Positions 9,412 through 17,468 of a stretch of 39,139 nucleotides of DNA are shown here, piece after piece. The notes beneath the pieces are model-generated. The model was not told the DNA's origin. It did not search any database and saw only the letters and a list, made by a program, of their open reading frames with translations. Source of the DNA: Candidatus Kerfeldbacteria bacterium (lineage in GTDB: Bacteria > Patescibacteriota > Patescibacteriia > UBA9570); NCBI GenBank assembly GCA_016207285.1, contig JACQPW010000003.1, forward strand, positions 1-39,139, given 5' to 3'. Numbering within the stretch: the first letter of the stretch is position 1; the number at the start of each line of letters is the position of its first letter. The position numbers and the translations under genes are program-made.

Positions 9412-10163
9412 AACCAACCATCTTTAGCCGCGCGCCATAAATCACTAAGCGTAGAGCCTTTACGTAAGCGTTCGATCCAAAAGACACTGAAATAATAGCA
9501 GAAAAACCAGGTTAGTTGCAGTGGGTTGGCAAAGCGCTTCATGAACCAGACCATATTGCGAGCGTTATAATAGGTACGATACGGACTACTTTTTAGATGC
9601 TGCAATTCAGTGATCGTAACCGACTGGCAACGGTAGCCGGCTAAATGAGCTCGCCAACACCAATCGGCTTCTTCATAATAGGCAAAATATTTTTCCGTCA
9701 ATGCACCAATCTGTTTGAGGACGCTCGTTCTCATCATACAACAGTAGCCAATAATCACGTCATCACCTTGTCCAGTATAGACTTTTCCAGTCCAAAGAGA
9801 AATTTTACCGGCGGTTGGGCCAACGGCCGCTAATCGCTGATCACTATCGGCCAGGGACAATAAGGGTGTTATAAAATCACCGGTCACAATCGTATCTTGG
9901 TTGAGCAACACAAGGTAGTCATAGTGATCTTGTAAGCGTGTAATCCAATAGTTATTTCCACCAGTGAATCCTAAATTGACTTCAGATCGTTCAATGTGCA
10001 CATCTGGAAAATGTTGTTTGAGTTCAGGCGCTTCGTTTTGTGCAGAACCATTATCCAGAATATAGATATCAGCCGGTACCTGATATTGTATTAATCCCGT
10101 GACGCAGGCTTTGGTCAGAGCCAGTCCGTTCCAGTTTAGAATAATAATGGCTACGCGCTCCAT
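9408..10163 (-). CDS. GT2-family glycosyltransferase, WbbL/rhamnosyltransferase-like
   Basis: 251 aa. Motifs: VAIIILNWNG..YILDNGS..NLGFTGGNN..LLNQDT. Paralogous in pattern to the ORF at 7754-8518. Confidence 0.7.
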   Translation of the reverse strand: MERVAIIILNWNGLALTKACVTGLIQYQVPADIYILDNGSAQNEAPELKQHFPDVHIERSEVNLGFTGGNNYWITRLQDHYDYLVLLNQDTIVTGDFITPLLSLADSDQRLAAVGPTAGKISLWTGKVYTGQGDDVIIGYCCMMRTSVLKQIGALTEKYFAYYEEADWCWRAHLAGYRCQSVTITELQHLKSSPYRTYYNARNMVWFMKRFANPLQLTWFFCYYFSVFWIERLRKGSTLSDLWRAAKDGWL

Positions 10164-11377
10164 ATGGTTTTTCGAACGTCACGATACATCAAAATGCATA
10201 AACTATATTGAGTAATAGCGGTAGCTACCGCCGCGCCAATCATGCCATACCACCAGATTAAACCGATCGTCAACGGCAGATTCAATGCCGCGCCGATGAT
10301 GAAATTTTTGGTGTACAGTTTTTCATAGCCGCAAGCTTGCAGGGTGTTCCCTAATGGCGCCCAGATAAAAATCCCTAACGTGCTCCACAGTAAGATCGTA
10401 AAGGGAATGACCCCTGGCGCATATTCTGGAGCATATAACCACGCAAATAAATACGGCGCTAACCAACTGCCAATGATCGCCATCGGTAAACCGGCCGCCA
10501 GCGCGATGGTGAGTAAACGCCGCAGCGCTTGGCGCACGCCAGCCCGATCTTGTGTAGTCCATAATTCAACAATGCGCGGAAAGAAAGCGCTAATGATTAA
10601 GCCAGCTAAAGCGGTGAGAAAAAAGATTGGTTTATAGGCAGCCGTATACCAAGCTACGACCTCTTTAGGATGTAACCAACCCAAGACAGCGGAATCAAAG
10701 TAATTGAATTGGGCGTTAATGGCCACGCTAGCGGCAAAGGGTAGAACCGCTAACCAAATGGTACGGATGGGAACACTGGCTGCAGGCTGAGCGTGCAGCA
10801 ATGGTTGACGGACGAGCCAAACACTCACTAACCAGCCAATAATGGCGGCACCGGCATAGACGATGGCGATGCTAGTCAGCGTAGCCTGGACACTCAACGC
10901 AATGATCAGCGCCACTGCCTGGATAGTAATATGGACACTTTTACTGATGCCCTCCAGTTGCATCTGTTGACGGCCACGCGCCACAGCTTCACTGAACATT
11001 CGGCCACTCGCTAGGACGATGGCTAACGTACCCGCTACTATAATGGTAGGGGATAATTGACTCGTAGGTAATACGATGGTGACCGTTAGTAACCAGGCCA
11101 TTGCGGAACCAATTAATTTAAGGGTAATAATTCCGGCTCTTTGAGTTAACCATTGTTCGTAGGATTTAGCTAACAAGCGCGTCACGTAGGTATGGATCCC
11201 AAAATCTGCCCCAACGATACAGAGATTGGCGATCGCAAACAGGTAAGCCAGTTGCCCATAACGATCATCACCTAAGTAGTTCATTAACGCAACGACTACA
11301 AAATACATCAAGAAGCGAGTAGCAAACTCTGTGCTGATTAAAATGGCGGCGTTACGTTTAACGGAGGGCACTGGCAT
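10151..11377 (-). CDS. Wzx-like MOP-family polysaccharide flippase
   Basis: 408 aa, entirely hydrophobic and multi-pass. The N-terminal KRNAAILISTEFATRFLMYF pattern is typical of polysaccharide biosynthesis (Wzx) proteins. It overlaps both neighbouring genes. Confidence 0.7.
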   Translation of the reverse strand: MPVPSVKRNAAILISTEFATRFLMYFVVVALMNYLGDDRYGQLAYLFAIANLCIVGADFGIHTYVTRLLAKSYEQWLTQRAGIITLKLIGSAMAWLLTVTIVLPTSQLSPTIIVAGTLAIVLASGRMFSEAVARGRQQMQLEGISKSVHITIQAVALIIALSVQATLTSIAIVYAGAAIIGWLVSVWLVRQPLLHAQPAASVPIRTIWLAVLPFAASVAINAQFNYFDSAVLGWLHPKEVVAWYTAAYKPIFFLTALAGLIISAFFPRIVELWTTQDRAGVRQALRRLLTIALAAGLPMAIIGSWLAPYLFAWLYAPEYAPGVIPFTILLWSTLGIFIWAPLGNTLQACGYEKLYTKNFIIGAALNLPLTIGLIWWYGMIGAAVATAITQYSLCILMYRDVRKTIWSA

Positions 11378-12356
11378 AGACTTGTTTTAAAATGGCGGCG
11401 TTACTTTCCCAGGTGACATAAGTGACTGGTTTACTTGGCTGACCAGCTAGCACAGCTATGATGTCACGGGCTAAACCGGCAGCCGTTGGGCCATCCACTG
11501 GTAGAGTGACTGGTGTAATGCCGGCGGCAAGGTAATTTAATAATTTTCCGCTCCCTTCCGTAGAGTGTAATGGTTTGGGCTCAATGCCGATTTTGGCTTT
11601 AGCCAATAGCGGCAAAAGCTGTTCATATGGAACGTGCTCCAGCCAGGTAATGTATGGTGGCAGCTGCTGCGGTTTACCTTGGGCAATGATCAAAACAGTA
11701 ATGGGCCTTTGCTGAGCAATGATCTCTAAGGCCTGAAATAATTGATCAGTGCCTTTCTGTTTACCGATCCCGCCGCTATAGACTAGATCATACTGTTGAG
11801 TGACCGCGGTGGTCAGTCGACTAGCAATGCCATCGGCTACGACAATAGCTTGCGGGCTCACTTTGGCAGAACTAGCAATCACTACGTCCGCCACCCATAG
11901 TGCCCAGCGTTCATACCATTTGGCCAGTGGTGCCAGTAATTTCCAGATGCCGCCATAACTCTTCAATTCAGCTGGTAGCGAACTTTGCAAATCTAGTACT
12001 ACGGGGATGTGCCAGCGCTGCTTCAGTAGCCAGGCCAGCCACATACTTTCATGGAGATGAGCATGGATGAGGATGGGTCGGTCTTTTTTGATTGCCCGAT
12101 AGGCTAGCCAACCTAACTGTATATCCAGTAATAATTTGCTCCAGGCCGGACCAGCGGTAGTTTTGTGGTACCAGGGTAGAGCTTTAGTGCGTTGAATGGT
12201 AGCGGTACCAAGATCGCGACCGAGTGGATACGTCACCATGGTGACGTGATAACCAAGACTTTGAATAATCTTAGTTTCTTCATAGATACGAATATGACAA
12301 CCGCGGTCTGAAAAGTACGGTGTCGGAGCAATCACCAAGACGGTTGGCTTAGTCAT
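11358..12356 (-). CDS. GT-B-fold glycosyltransferase (GT4-like)
   Basis: 332 aa. The N-terminus KPTVLVIAPTPYFSDRGCHIRIYEE is typical of GT4. The C-terminal EGSGKLLNYLAAGITPV resembles the E-x7-E region. It is short for the family. Confidence 0.6.
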   Translation of the reverse strand: MTKPTVLVIAPTPYFSDRGCHIRIYEETKIIQSLGYHVTMVTYPLGRDLGTATIQRTKALPWYHKTTAGPAWSKLLLDIQLGWLAYRAIKKDRPILIHAHLHESMWLAWLLKQRWHIPVVLDLQSSLPAELKSYGGIWKLLAPLAKWYERWALWVADVVIASSAKVSPQAIVVADGIASRLTTAVTQQYDLVYSGGIGKQKGTDQLFQALEIIAQQRPITVLIIAQGKPQQLPPYITWLEHVPYEQLLPLLAKAKIGIEPKPLHSTEGSGKLLNYLAAGITPVTLPVDGPTAAGLARDIIAVLAGQPSKPVTYVTWESNAAILKQVYASALR

Positions 12357-13275
12357 GGTTCACGACCGATTTGATGGTGTATGGTTTACGGCCTTCGCTA
12401 TAGTACGTTTTAGTCAGCACCTCTGCGATCAGTCCAGTAATAAATAATTGTAGGCCAGCTAAAATGCTTAAGACGGCTACCAATGGCCAGATACTCGTCG
12501 ACAGAGGGTATTCCCAAACTAATCGAGCCACCGCCAGTACAGCCAATAAACTAGCACCGGCACCAACGAGAGTGACACCAACCCCACCAAATAAGTGGAG
12601 TGGACGATGGGCATAATTACGCCAGAACCACAGTCCAATCATGTCCACAAAACCTTTAATAATTCGGTTACTGCTGTAGTTCGAGTGGCCAGAGGTGCGA
12701 GCTTGATGTTCCACCACCAGCTCACCAACCGAAAATCCATTCAGTTTTAAGATGGCTGGAATAAAGCGATGGCTTTCACCGTGTAAATCTACATCTTGAA
12801 AACAGTGCCGGCGGTAAACCTTTAGGGTACAACCTGAATCATGAATGCCATCATTTAAAAACAAGGAGCGCAACCGGTGGGCACCACGCGAGGTAAAGCG
12901 TTTCATTAAGCTATCATGGCGGTATTTCCTCCAACCAGACACGACATCTAAATTGTGCTCGGTCATGTAACGGAGCAATTTCGGTATTTCTTCCGGTGGA
13001 TTTTGTAGGTCGCCGTCCAGTGTAATCACCACATCACCACTCGCTTGTTTGATGCCCGCATCGATGGCCGCAGTTTGCCCAAAGTTTTTTCTGAACGTGA
13101 TGGTCGTTAGTGGTCGTAGGGTCTGTAACCGTTTGGCGGTGTCATCGGTACTACCATCATCCACAAAAATCACTTCAAAAGGCGCGCCTAATGCTGTGCA
13201 TACGGACACAATGCGCCGATGCAGTTCAGAGACACTACCGGCTTCGTTATAAATAGGAACGACAATACTATACAT
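12349..13275 (-). CDS. Polyprenyl-phosphate glycosyltransferase (GtrB/ArnC/DPM1-like GT2)
   Basis: ATG at 13275. Motifs: YSIVVPIYNEAGSV, FVDDGSTDDT, ITLDGDLQNPPEEIP. Two C-terminal TM helices (LFGGVGVTLVGAGASLLAVLAV and IWPLVAVLSILAGLQLFITGLIAEVL) complete the hallmark architecture of bactoprenol-phosphate sugar synthases. Confidence 0.8.
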   Translation of the reverse strand: MYSIVVPIYNEAGSVSELHRRIVSVCTALGAPFEVIFVDDGSTDDTAKRLQTLRPLTTITFRKNFGQTAAIDAGIKQASGDVVITLDGDLQNPPEEIPKLLRYMTEHNLDVVSGWRKYRHDSLMKRFTSRGAHRLRSLFLNDGIHDSGCTLKVYRRHCFQDVDLHGESHRFIPAILKLNGFSVGELVVEHQARTSGHSNYSSNRIIKGFVDMIGLWFWRNYAHRPLHLFGGVGVTLVGAGASLLAVLAVARLVWEYPLSTSIWPLVAVLSILAGLQLFITGLIAEVLTKTYYSEGRKPYTIKSVVNHD

Positions 13276-13288
13276 AGAAAACAGCCAG

Positions 13289-13317
13289 ACTATACCACTA
13301 TTGCGACATTTTTGCAA
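13289..13317 (-). promoter_or_regulatory. Sigma70-type promoter for the six-gene glycosyltransferase operon
   Basis: On the minus strand: TTGCAA(13317-13312)-N17-TATAGT(13294-13289)-N13-ATG(13275). This implies a very short leader. Confidence 0.5.
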
Positions 13318-13329
13318 GCCCGATATACT
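13301..13329 (+). promoter_or_regulatory. Sigma70-type promoter with leaderless geometry for the orphan 497-aa gene
   Basis: TTGCGA(13301-13306)-N17-TATACT(13324-13329)-N7-ATG(13337). It interdigitates with the divergent minus-strand promoter. Confidence 0.5.
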
Positions 13330-13336
13330 GCTGAGG

Positions 13337-14830
13337 ATGGAACTTCGACTGAGTGGTATGCGTTGGTATCGGTTGGCGCTGGGATTAGCGGTGGTCGGTA
13401 GTTTTATGTGGACGGGTTATGAGTACCTGGGTGGTGACGGCACACTAGAGTTACACTATTATTTTCAAACTAAGCCAGCGGCCATTTCATTGTTTGGGCC
13501 GTCGGGTCGGGCGCTAGATCGGGAACAGAACAAAAGCAACGGTGAAACATATCAACGCATCGTGAATGGTCCAGTCTATACGGATGTGACGTTGCCTGGT
13601 GCCTATGACAGTGTGACCGTTGAACTGGAATATCAAAATCCCAGTCAGGTGTTGGTTGAATTAGGTATTAAACTGTCCGATGATCCAGCCTTATTTGATT
13701 ATCGGATGCAACCACTGGAGAATAAGTTAGTCGATAACAGCGATTGGTCCCGGTTGGAAAATGACCAGTACATTTTTTTACAACGTACTCCCAGCTACAC
13801 TTCTATTGAGGAGTTTTTGGCTAACCCACCAACCGATAGCAAAGGTGGCAGTTACTTAGTGTCGCCTAATTTAGCTTATGTTGACCCAAATTATCACGCT
13901 CATACCGAAACCGGCAGTACCATTACCACGACCTTGCGTGGCCGTCATGAATTCTATCTCTATGCCGCCGATGAAAATGTGTCGGTTCAATTCACTGTGG
14001 CTGATATTAATTATGCAGCGGATGACGATACGGTGCGGTTATTCTTGTATCAGCAAGATCAATTGGTGGCAGAAGCGAGCTTAGCGGATGATGGGGAAGT
14101 GGGCATTACTGGGATAGCCAGTGGTGAGCGTACCGTGGCCTTGCAACTCGACAATGCACCAGCCGGAGTATACCAGGTAGTCTTTGATACCACTGACGAT
14201 CTCATTATTACGCAGATTCAGTCGGATCAAGAAAGATTGGTAGTCGCAAAATCGATTCATTTGGCGGGTACCGAGGAGTACCGAGCCACTGGTAGTACCC
14301 TCAACACCACTCCAACCACGTTACATACCGACAGTAATTGGTTAACGGTCATTGCTAAACACACCGCTGGGGTCGCTGACGTGGCTACGTATGATCGTAC
14401 TCTCCACATCAATAAGGTTGATACTCCGTATACCTGGACAAATCCGATTAGTAATTTCGCCCATGATGTGACCTTTCCCAATAACGATGTCTTGGTGTTG
14501 TCTGATTCTTACTTTGCACTCCCTGGGGCAGAAGCCTTTGACCCGTGGTTCGGCTTGCGTCCTATTAGTCAATATACCAATCCAGATGGGTTAGAGTATG
14601 TCATTAGTGGTCATTATGATCCGCCGACACGCGTACGCACGTGGACAACTGCTCGGGCCACTTTTGATTTAACTGGCATTGAGCAGAGTCGTCCCAATGT
14701 CTTGCAATTTATTGTCTCTGCTCCCGGGTTAGAAACAACCTCATTGGGTCTAAAGGTGCGTTCCATTACCGTGACTGCTCAACAACACCCGATCACAGTA
14801 TCCTACCTATGGCAAAAAATCACACAGTAG
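13337..14830 (+). CDS. Hypothetical N-terminally membrane-anchored extracytoplasmic protein (no recognisable family)
   Basis: Long uninterrupted ORF. There is one N-terminal hydrophobic helix (WYRLALGLAVVGSFMWTG), followed by an acidic, Thr/Tyr/Asp-rich and beta-looking domain of ~470 aa. The start was chosen at ATG 13337, which fits the leaderless promoter; ATG 13358 is an alternative. Confidence 0.6.
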   Translation: MELRLSGMRWYRLALGLAVVGSFMWTGYEYLGGDGTLELHYYFQTKPAAISLFGPSGRALDREQNKSNGETYQRIVNGPVYTDVTLPGAYDSVTVELEYQNPSQVLVELGIKLSDDPALFDYRMQPLENKLVDNSDWSRLENDQYIFLQRTPSYTSIEEFLANPPTDSKGGSYLVSPNLAYVDPNYHAHTETGSTITTTLRGRHEFYLYAADENVSVQFTVADINYAADDDTVRLFLYQQDQLVAEASLADDGEVGITGIASGERTVALQLDNAPAGVYQVVFDTTDDLIITQIQSDQERLVVAKSIHLAGTEEYRATGSTLNTTPTTLHTDSNWLTVIAKHTAGVADVATYDRTLHINKVDTPYTWTNPISNFAHDVTFPNNDVLVLSDSYFALPGAEAFDPWFGLRPISQYTNPDGLEYVISGHYDPPTRVRTWTTARATFDLTGIEQSRPNVLQFIVSAPGLETTSLGLKVRSITVTAQQHPITVSYLWQKITQ

Positions 14831-15012
14831 TATTACAGTTGTGGCGCGATGCATTGGTCGCCTTGAGTATTTGGTTATTATTGGCTTACCTAGTCGATCC
14901 TATTGTGCATGGTTTTATGACAGTCGTATGGCCAGTGCAGCTCATTGCTTGGATTTGGATTGTGAATGTACTGGCCTGGTGGTATCTGCGGCGGCGCTGG
15001 ACAAATGGATAA
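14809..15012 (+). CDS. Possible 67-aa two-helix membrane protein
   Basis: Its ATG overlaps the end of the upstream gene by 22 nt. Two clean hydrophobic helices (ALVALSIWLLLAYLV and VVWPVQLIAWIWIVNVLAWWYL) are followed by a basic RRRW tail. I recognise no homolog. Confidence 0.4.
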   Translation: MAKNHTVVLQLWRDALVALSIWLLLAYLVDPIVHGFMTVVWPVQLIAWIWIVNVLAWWYLRRRWTNG

Positions 15013-15026
15013 GTCTGTGTTACAGT
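14998..15026 (+). promoter_or_regulatory. Sigma70-type promoter with leaderless geometry for the rfb operon
   Basis: TGGACA(14998-15003)-N17-TACAGT(15021-15026)-N7-ATG(15034). Confidence 0.45.
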
Positions 15027-15033
15027 TCTCGCG

Positions 15034-15750
15034 ATGAAAGGGATTATTTTAGCCGGCGGTAGCGGTACACGCTTGTCGCCCTTGACCAAAGTCACTAGCA
15101 AGCAATTACTCCCGGTGTTTGATCAGCCAATGGTCTTTTTTCCTTTACAGACCTTAATTAAAGCTGGCATTCGAGAGGTTTTGTTTATTGTGGCACCGGA
15201 TCACGCTGGGGACTATCTAAATGCCCTGGGTTCGGGCACACACTTTGGTTGTCGCTTTACCTATGAGATTCAAGATAAACCAGCCGGCCTAGCCCAAGCC
15301 TTATCGCTGGCTGAAACCTTCGTTGGCCAGGATAGCTGCATGATGATTCTGGGTGATAATATCTATGACCATGATTTTTCTGAAGCGGTGCAGCAATTTA
15401 CTTCTGGTGCCCACATTTTCGTAAAAGAAGTGGATGATGCGCGACGCTTTGGGGTGGTAGAAATGGATGAAAATAAACATGTGCTTGGGATTGAGGAAAA
15501 ACCCGAACAACCGAAAAGCAACCTAGCCCAAACCGGAGTTTATATTTACGACGAACATGTGTTTGACATCATTCGTCAATTGCAACCCTCTGCTCGAGGC
15601 GAGTTGGAAATTACTGATTTGAATAATTTGTATTTAGCCAAAGGAGTGTTAACAGCCAGCGTGATTGAGGGTGAATGGATTGATGCCGGCACCTTTGAAA
15701 GTTTATTTAAGGCCGCCGAGTTTAGGCGCCAACAAGTATGTCAGAATTAA
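15034..15750 (+). CDS. rfbA: Glucose-1-phosphate thymidylyltransferase, short form
   Basis: Motifs: MKGIILAGGSGTRLSPLT..SKQLLPVFDQPM..PAGLAQA..LGDNI..IEEKPEQPKSNLAQTGVYIYD..RGELEITD. This is close to the canonical RmlA pattern. At 238 aa it lacks the usual C-terminal ~50 aa. Confidence 0.85.
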   Translation: MKGIILAGGSGTRLSPLTKVTSKQLLPVFDQPMVFFPLQTLIKAGIREVLFIVAPDHAGDYLNALGSGTHFGCRFTYEIQDKPAGLAQALSLAETFVGQDSCMMILGDNIYDHDFSEAVQQFTSGAHIFVKEVDDARRFGVVEMDENKHVLGIEEKPEQPKSNLAQTGVYIYDEHVFDIIRQLQPSARGELEITDLNNLYLAKGVLTASVIEGEWIDAGTFESLFKAAEFRRQQVCQN

Positions 15751-16937
15751 GAAAGCGACTAAAGCGCCCACTCTATCGAGCAGCGTTTGAAAAGACGGTA
15801 GAAAAAAGCGCTGTTCGTATTCCAACTGAATTAGAAACGAAGGTGGCTAGGCTATATGAATTAGAAGTCAGACGTTTCTTAAAAGATGATAATGTAGATA
15901 TCGGTGAAGTCAACGCTCAGATTGCACAGCAGTATGGGTTCGCATCTGCTGATGAACTGTTACTGACTTTTTTTGAATGGGAGGATCGTAAACTGAAGAT
16001 GCAGAGCGGTGAGGAGGTACCTGAGCTAGATCCGAAAAAAAGAACTAACTTTGCAGCCATAGAGAAAGCCGTAGCAGCAGTGTCTGGTGCCCATATGGCG
16101 CTTGAACAGAACAGCGAACGTAGCTTATTGCGTATCTTGGACCATGCTATACAAGTAGTGATGCTTGAGGCAGAAGCAGAGCGTACTCAAAACACAGATG
16201 ACTTAACTGGATTAATTGATAGCCAAACATTTGTCGCTAAACGGATGGAAGTAGAAGTGCAGCAATTTTTAGCAACACCAGAGACTGAAGCAGGCGAAGA
16301 TGAGAAAGTGATGGTGTGGGCTGAAATTGACCTTGATGATTTTAAGACATTGAATACAGCCTATAGCCACGCCACGGTAGATTTTCAGATCTTAAAACCA
16401 TTAGCGGCCTTGTTGCGTGAAACCTTTCGGGAAACGGACTTTATCTGTCGCTTAGGAGGTGACGAACTAAATATTATTTTCACCCGCACTAAAAAAAGTG
16501 CCGTGGCTGCTCTCGGTCAAAGAATAATAGATGTTATACATACATTACCCTTACCTGAGCCAGCTAGCGGTCAATTCAAGCCGGAGCAATTAACTGCCAG
16601 TGTCGGGCTACATGTCATGGATCGTAGCATGCTCAGTAAGCTTGATCTTACTTCCCCAGAGTTGGTGATGAATTCGATTCGAAAACCAGCGGATAGTGCG
16701 ACCGAACGAGCTAAATTTTTTGGGAAAGATCGTTATGAGGTGTATGATCCAGATGCAGAGGCAGTCATACCCACTTTTGAGGTCTATTTAAAATTGGTTT
16801 TGCGTAAACATGAGGAAGAATTTCGGCAGATGCGTCACCGTCAAGACTATACAACGTTAGATCAGTTTCAGGAACATTTGAGTGCGGCTGCTCAGGTGGC
16901 TTACCAATTTAAATATCTAGCAGCTGCTACAGCATAA
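15738..16937 (+). CDS. GGDEF-domain protein (GGDEL variant, putative diguanylate cyclase) with an unknown N-terminal domain
   Basis: Residues ~154-338 match the GGDEF consensus: DDLTGLIDSQTF, EIDLDDFKTLNTAYSHATVD, RETD-FICRL-GGDEL (nt 16428-16469), LTASVGL, ADSATERAKFFGKDRY. The N-terminal ~150 aa are helical with no recognised sensor domain and no TM segment. It overlaps rfbA by 13 nt and rfbC by 1 nt. Confidence 0.8.
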   Translation: MSELRKRLKRPLYRAAFEKTVEKSAVRIPTELETKVARLYELEVRRFLKDDNVDIGEVNAQIAQQYGFASADELLLTFFEWEDRKLKMQSGEEVPELDPKKRTNFAAIEKAVAAVSGAHMALEQNSERSLLRILDHAIQVVMLEAEAERTQNTDDLTGLIDSQTFVAKRMEVEVQQFLATPETEAGEDEKVMVWAEIDLDDFKTLNTAYSHATVDFQILKPLAALLRETFRETDFICRLGGDELNIIFTRTKKSAVAALGQRIIDVIHTLPLPEPASGQFKPEQLTASVGLHVMDRSMLSKLDLTSPELVMNSIRKPADSATERAKFFGKDRYEVYDPDAEAVIPTFEVYLKLVLRKHEEEFRQMRHRQDYTTLDQFQEHLSAAAQVAYQFKYLAAATA

Positions 16938-17467
16938 TGTCTATGGCCAAAAGAATAACACTAAGCAAACAAAGTTATCAGCCCAAGCCAACTATCGAGG
17001 GTGTTCAATTGATTGAATTAAAAACTTTTGTCGATGATGGAGGTTATTTTATTGAATTGGGTCGTTTTCGTAAACATGTTTTTGAACATTTTCCAAAATT
17101 TGATTTACAGCAATTGAATTTGTCTGAGATGGATCCAGGTGTAATTAAAGCTTGGCACATTCACGAACATCAGGATGATATTTGGTTTGTACCACCATCG
17201 CAACGTATGCTTGTTGCCTTAAAAGATATTCGTCCCGCATCTCCTACACGTCATGCACTGATGCGTTTCGTCCTGGGTGGCGGCACAGCTCAATTAGTCT
17301 TAATTCCACATGGTATTGCTCATGGCGCAGCGAATCTTTGGCAGACCCCTAGCCTAATGCTTTATTTGGTGAATAGCCAGTTTACGGCTGATCCAAAAAA
17401 GAGCGATGAATATCGCTTACCATGGGATCAGTTTGGTGCGGACATTTGGCAACAGACCAAAGGCTAG
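16937..17467 (+). CDS. rfbC: dTDP-4-dehydrorhamnose 3,5-epimerase family protein (RmlC-like cupin)
   Basis: 176 aa. Motifs: DDGGYFIELGR..AWHIHEHQDDIWFV..LIPHGIAHG, a cupin pattern, with the expected position between rfbA and rfbB. The TAATG stop/start overlaps the upstream gene. Confidence 0.7.
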   Translation: MSMAKRITLSKQSYQPKPTIEGVQLIELKTFVDDGGYFIELGRFRKHVFEHFPKFDLQQLNLSEMDPGVIKAWHIHEHQDDIWFVPPSQRMLVALKDIRPASPTRHALMRFVLGGGTAQLVLIPHGIAHGAANLWQTPSLMLYLVNSQFTADPKKSDEYRLPWDQFGADIWQQTKG

Positions 17468-17468
17468 T

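Noticed and set aside
14831-15036. A short repeat of a promoter-like element: TTACAGTTGTGGCGCGATG at 14832-14850 and TTACAGTTCTCGCGATG at 15020-15036. Overlapping ORFs lie at 14841-15062 (plus strand) and 14886-15101 (minus strand).
   Set aside because: Only the second copy precedes a real gene (rfbA). The ATG of the first copy opens a 5-codon frame and lies inside the better-supported 67-aa membrane ORF. The overlapping 71-73-aa ORFs look non-protein-like. This is probably chance similarity of a short AT/GC motif.
15738-16937. Could the GGDEF gene be a CBASS-like or defence-type nucleotide cyclase?
   Set aside because: No effector gene (nuclease, phospholipase, TM pore, TIR/SAVED) is adjacent. 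The gene is overlapped on both sides by rfb genes. The domain is a canonical GGDEF with an I-site, not a CD-NTase fold.
17406-17468. The ORF track extends several genes upstream of their likely starts. Examples are rfbB (17406), murA (20165), the S41 protease (21452), the M16 peptidase (27053), rpmA (25086), the DUF4013 gene (25090), the GtrB-like gene (13317) and the PEGA-like gene (20235).
   Set aside because: The extensions begin at TTG or GTG codons, or at ATG codons inside the preceding gene. They add non-conserved residues ahead of canonical N-termini such as MKLLVTGGAGFIG and MAHTKAGG. They would also run through the promoter elements identified here. The internal ATGs were preferred.
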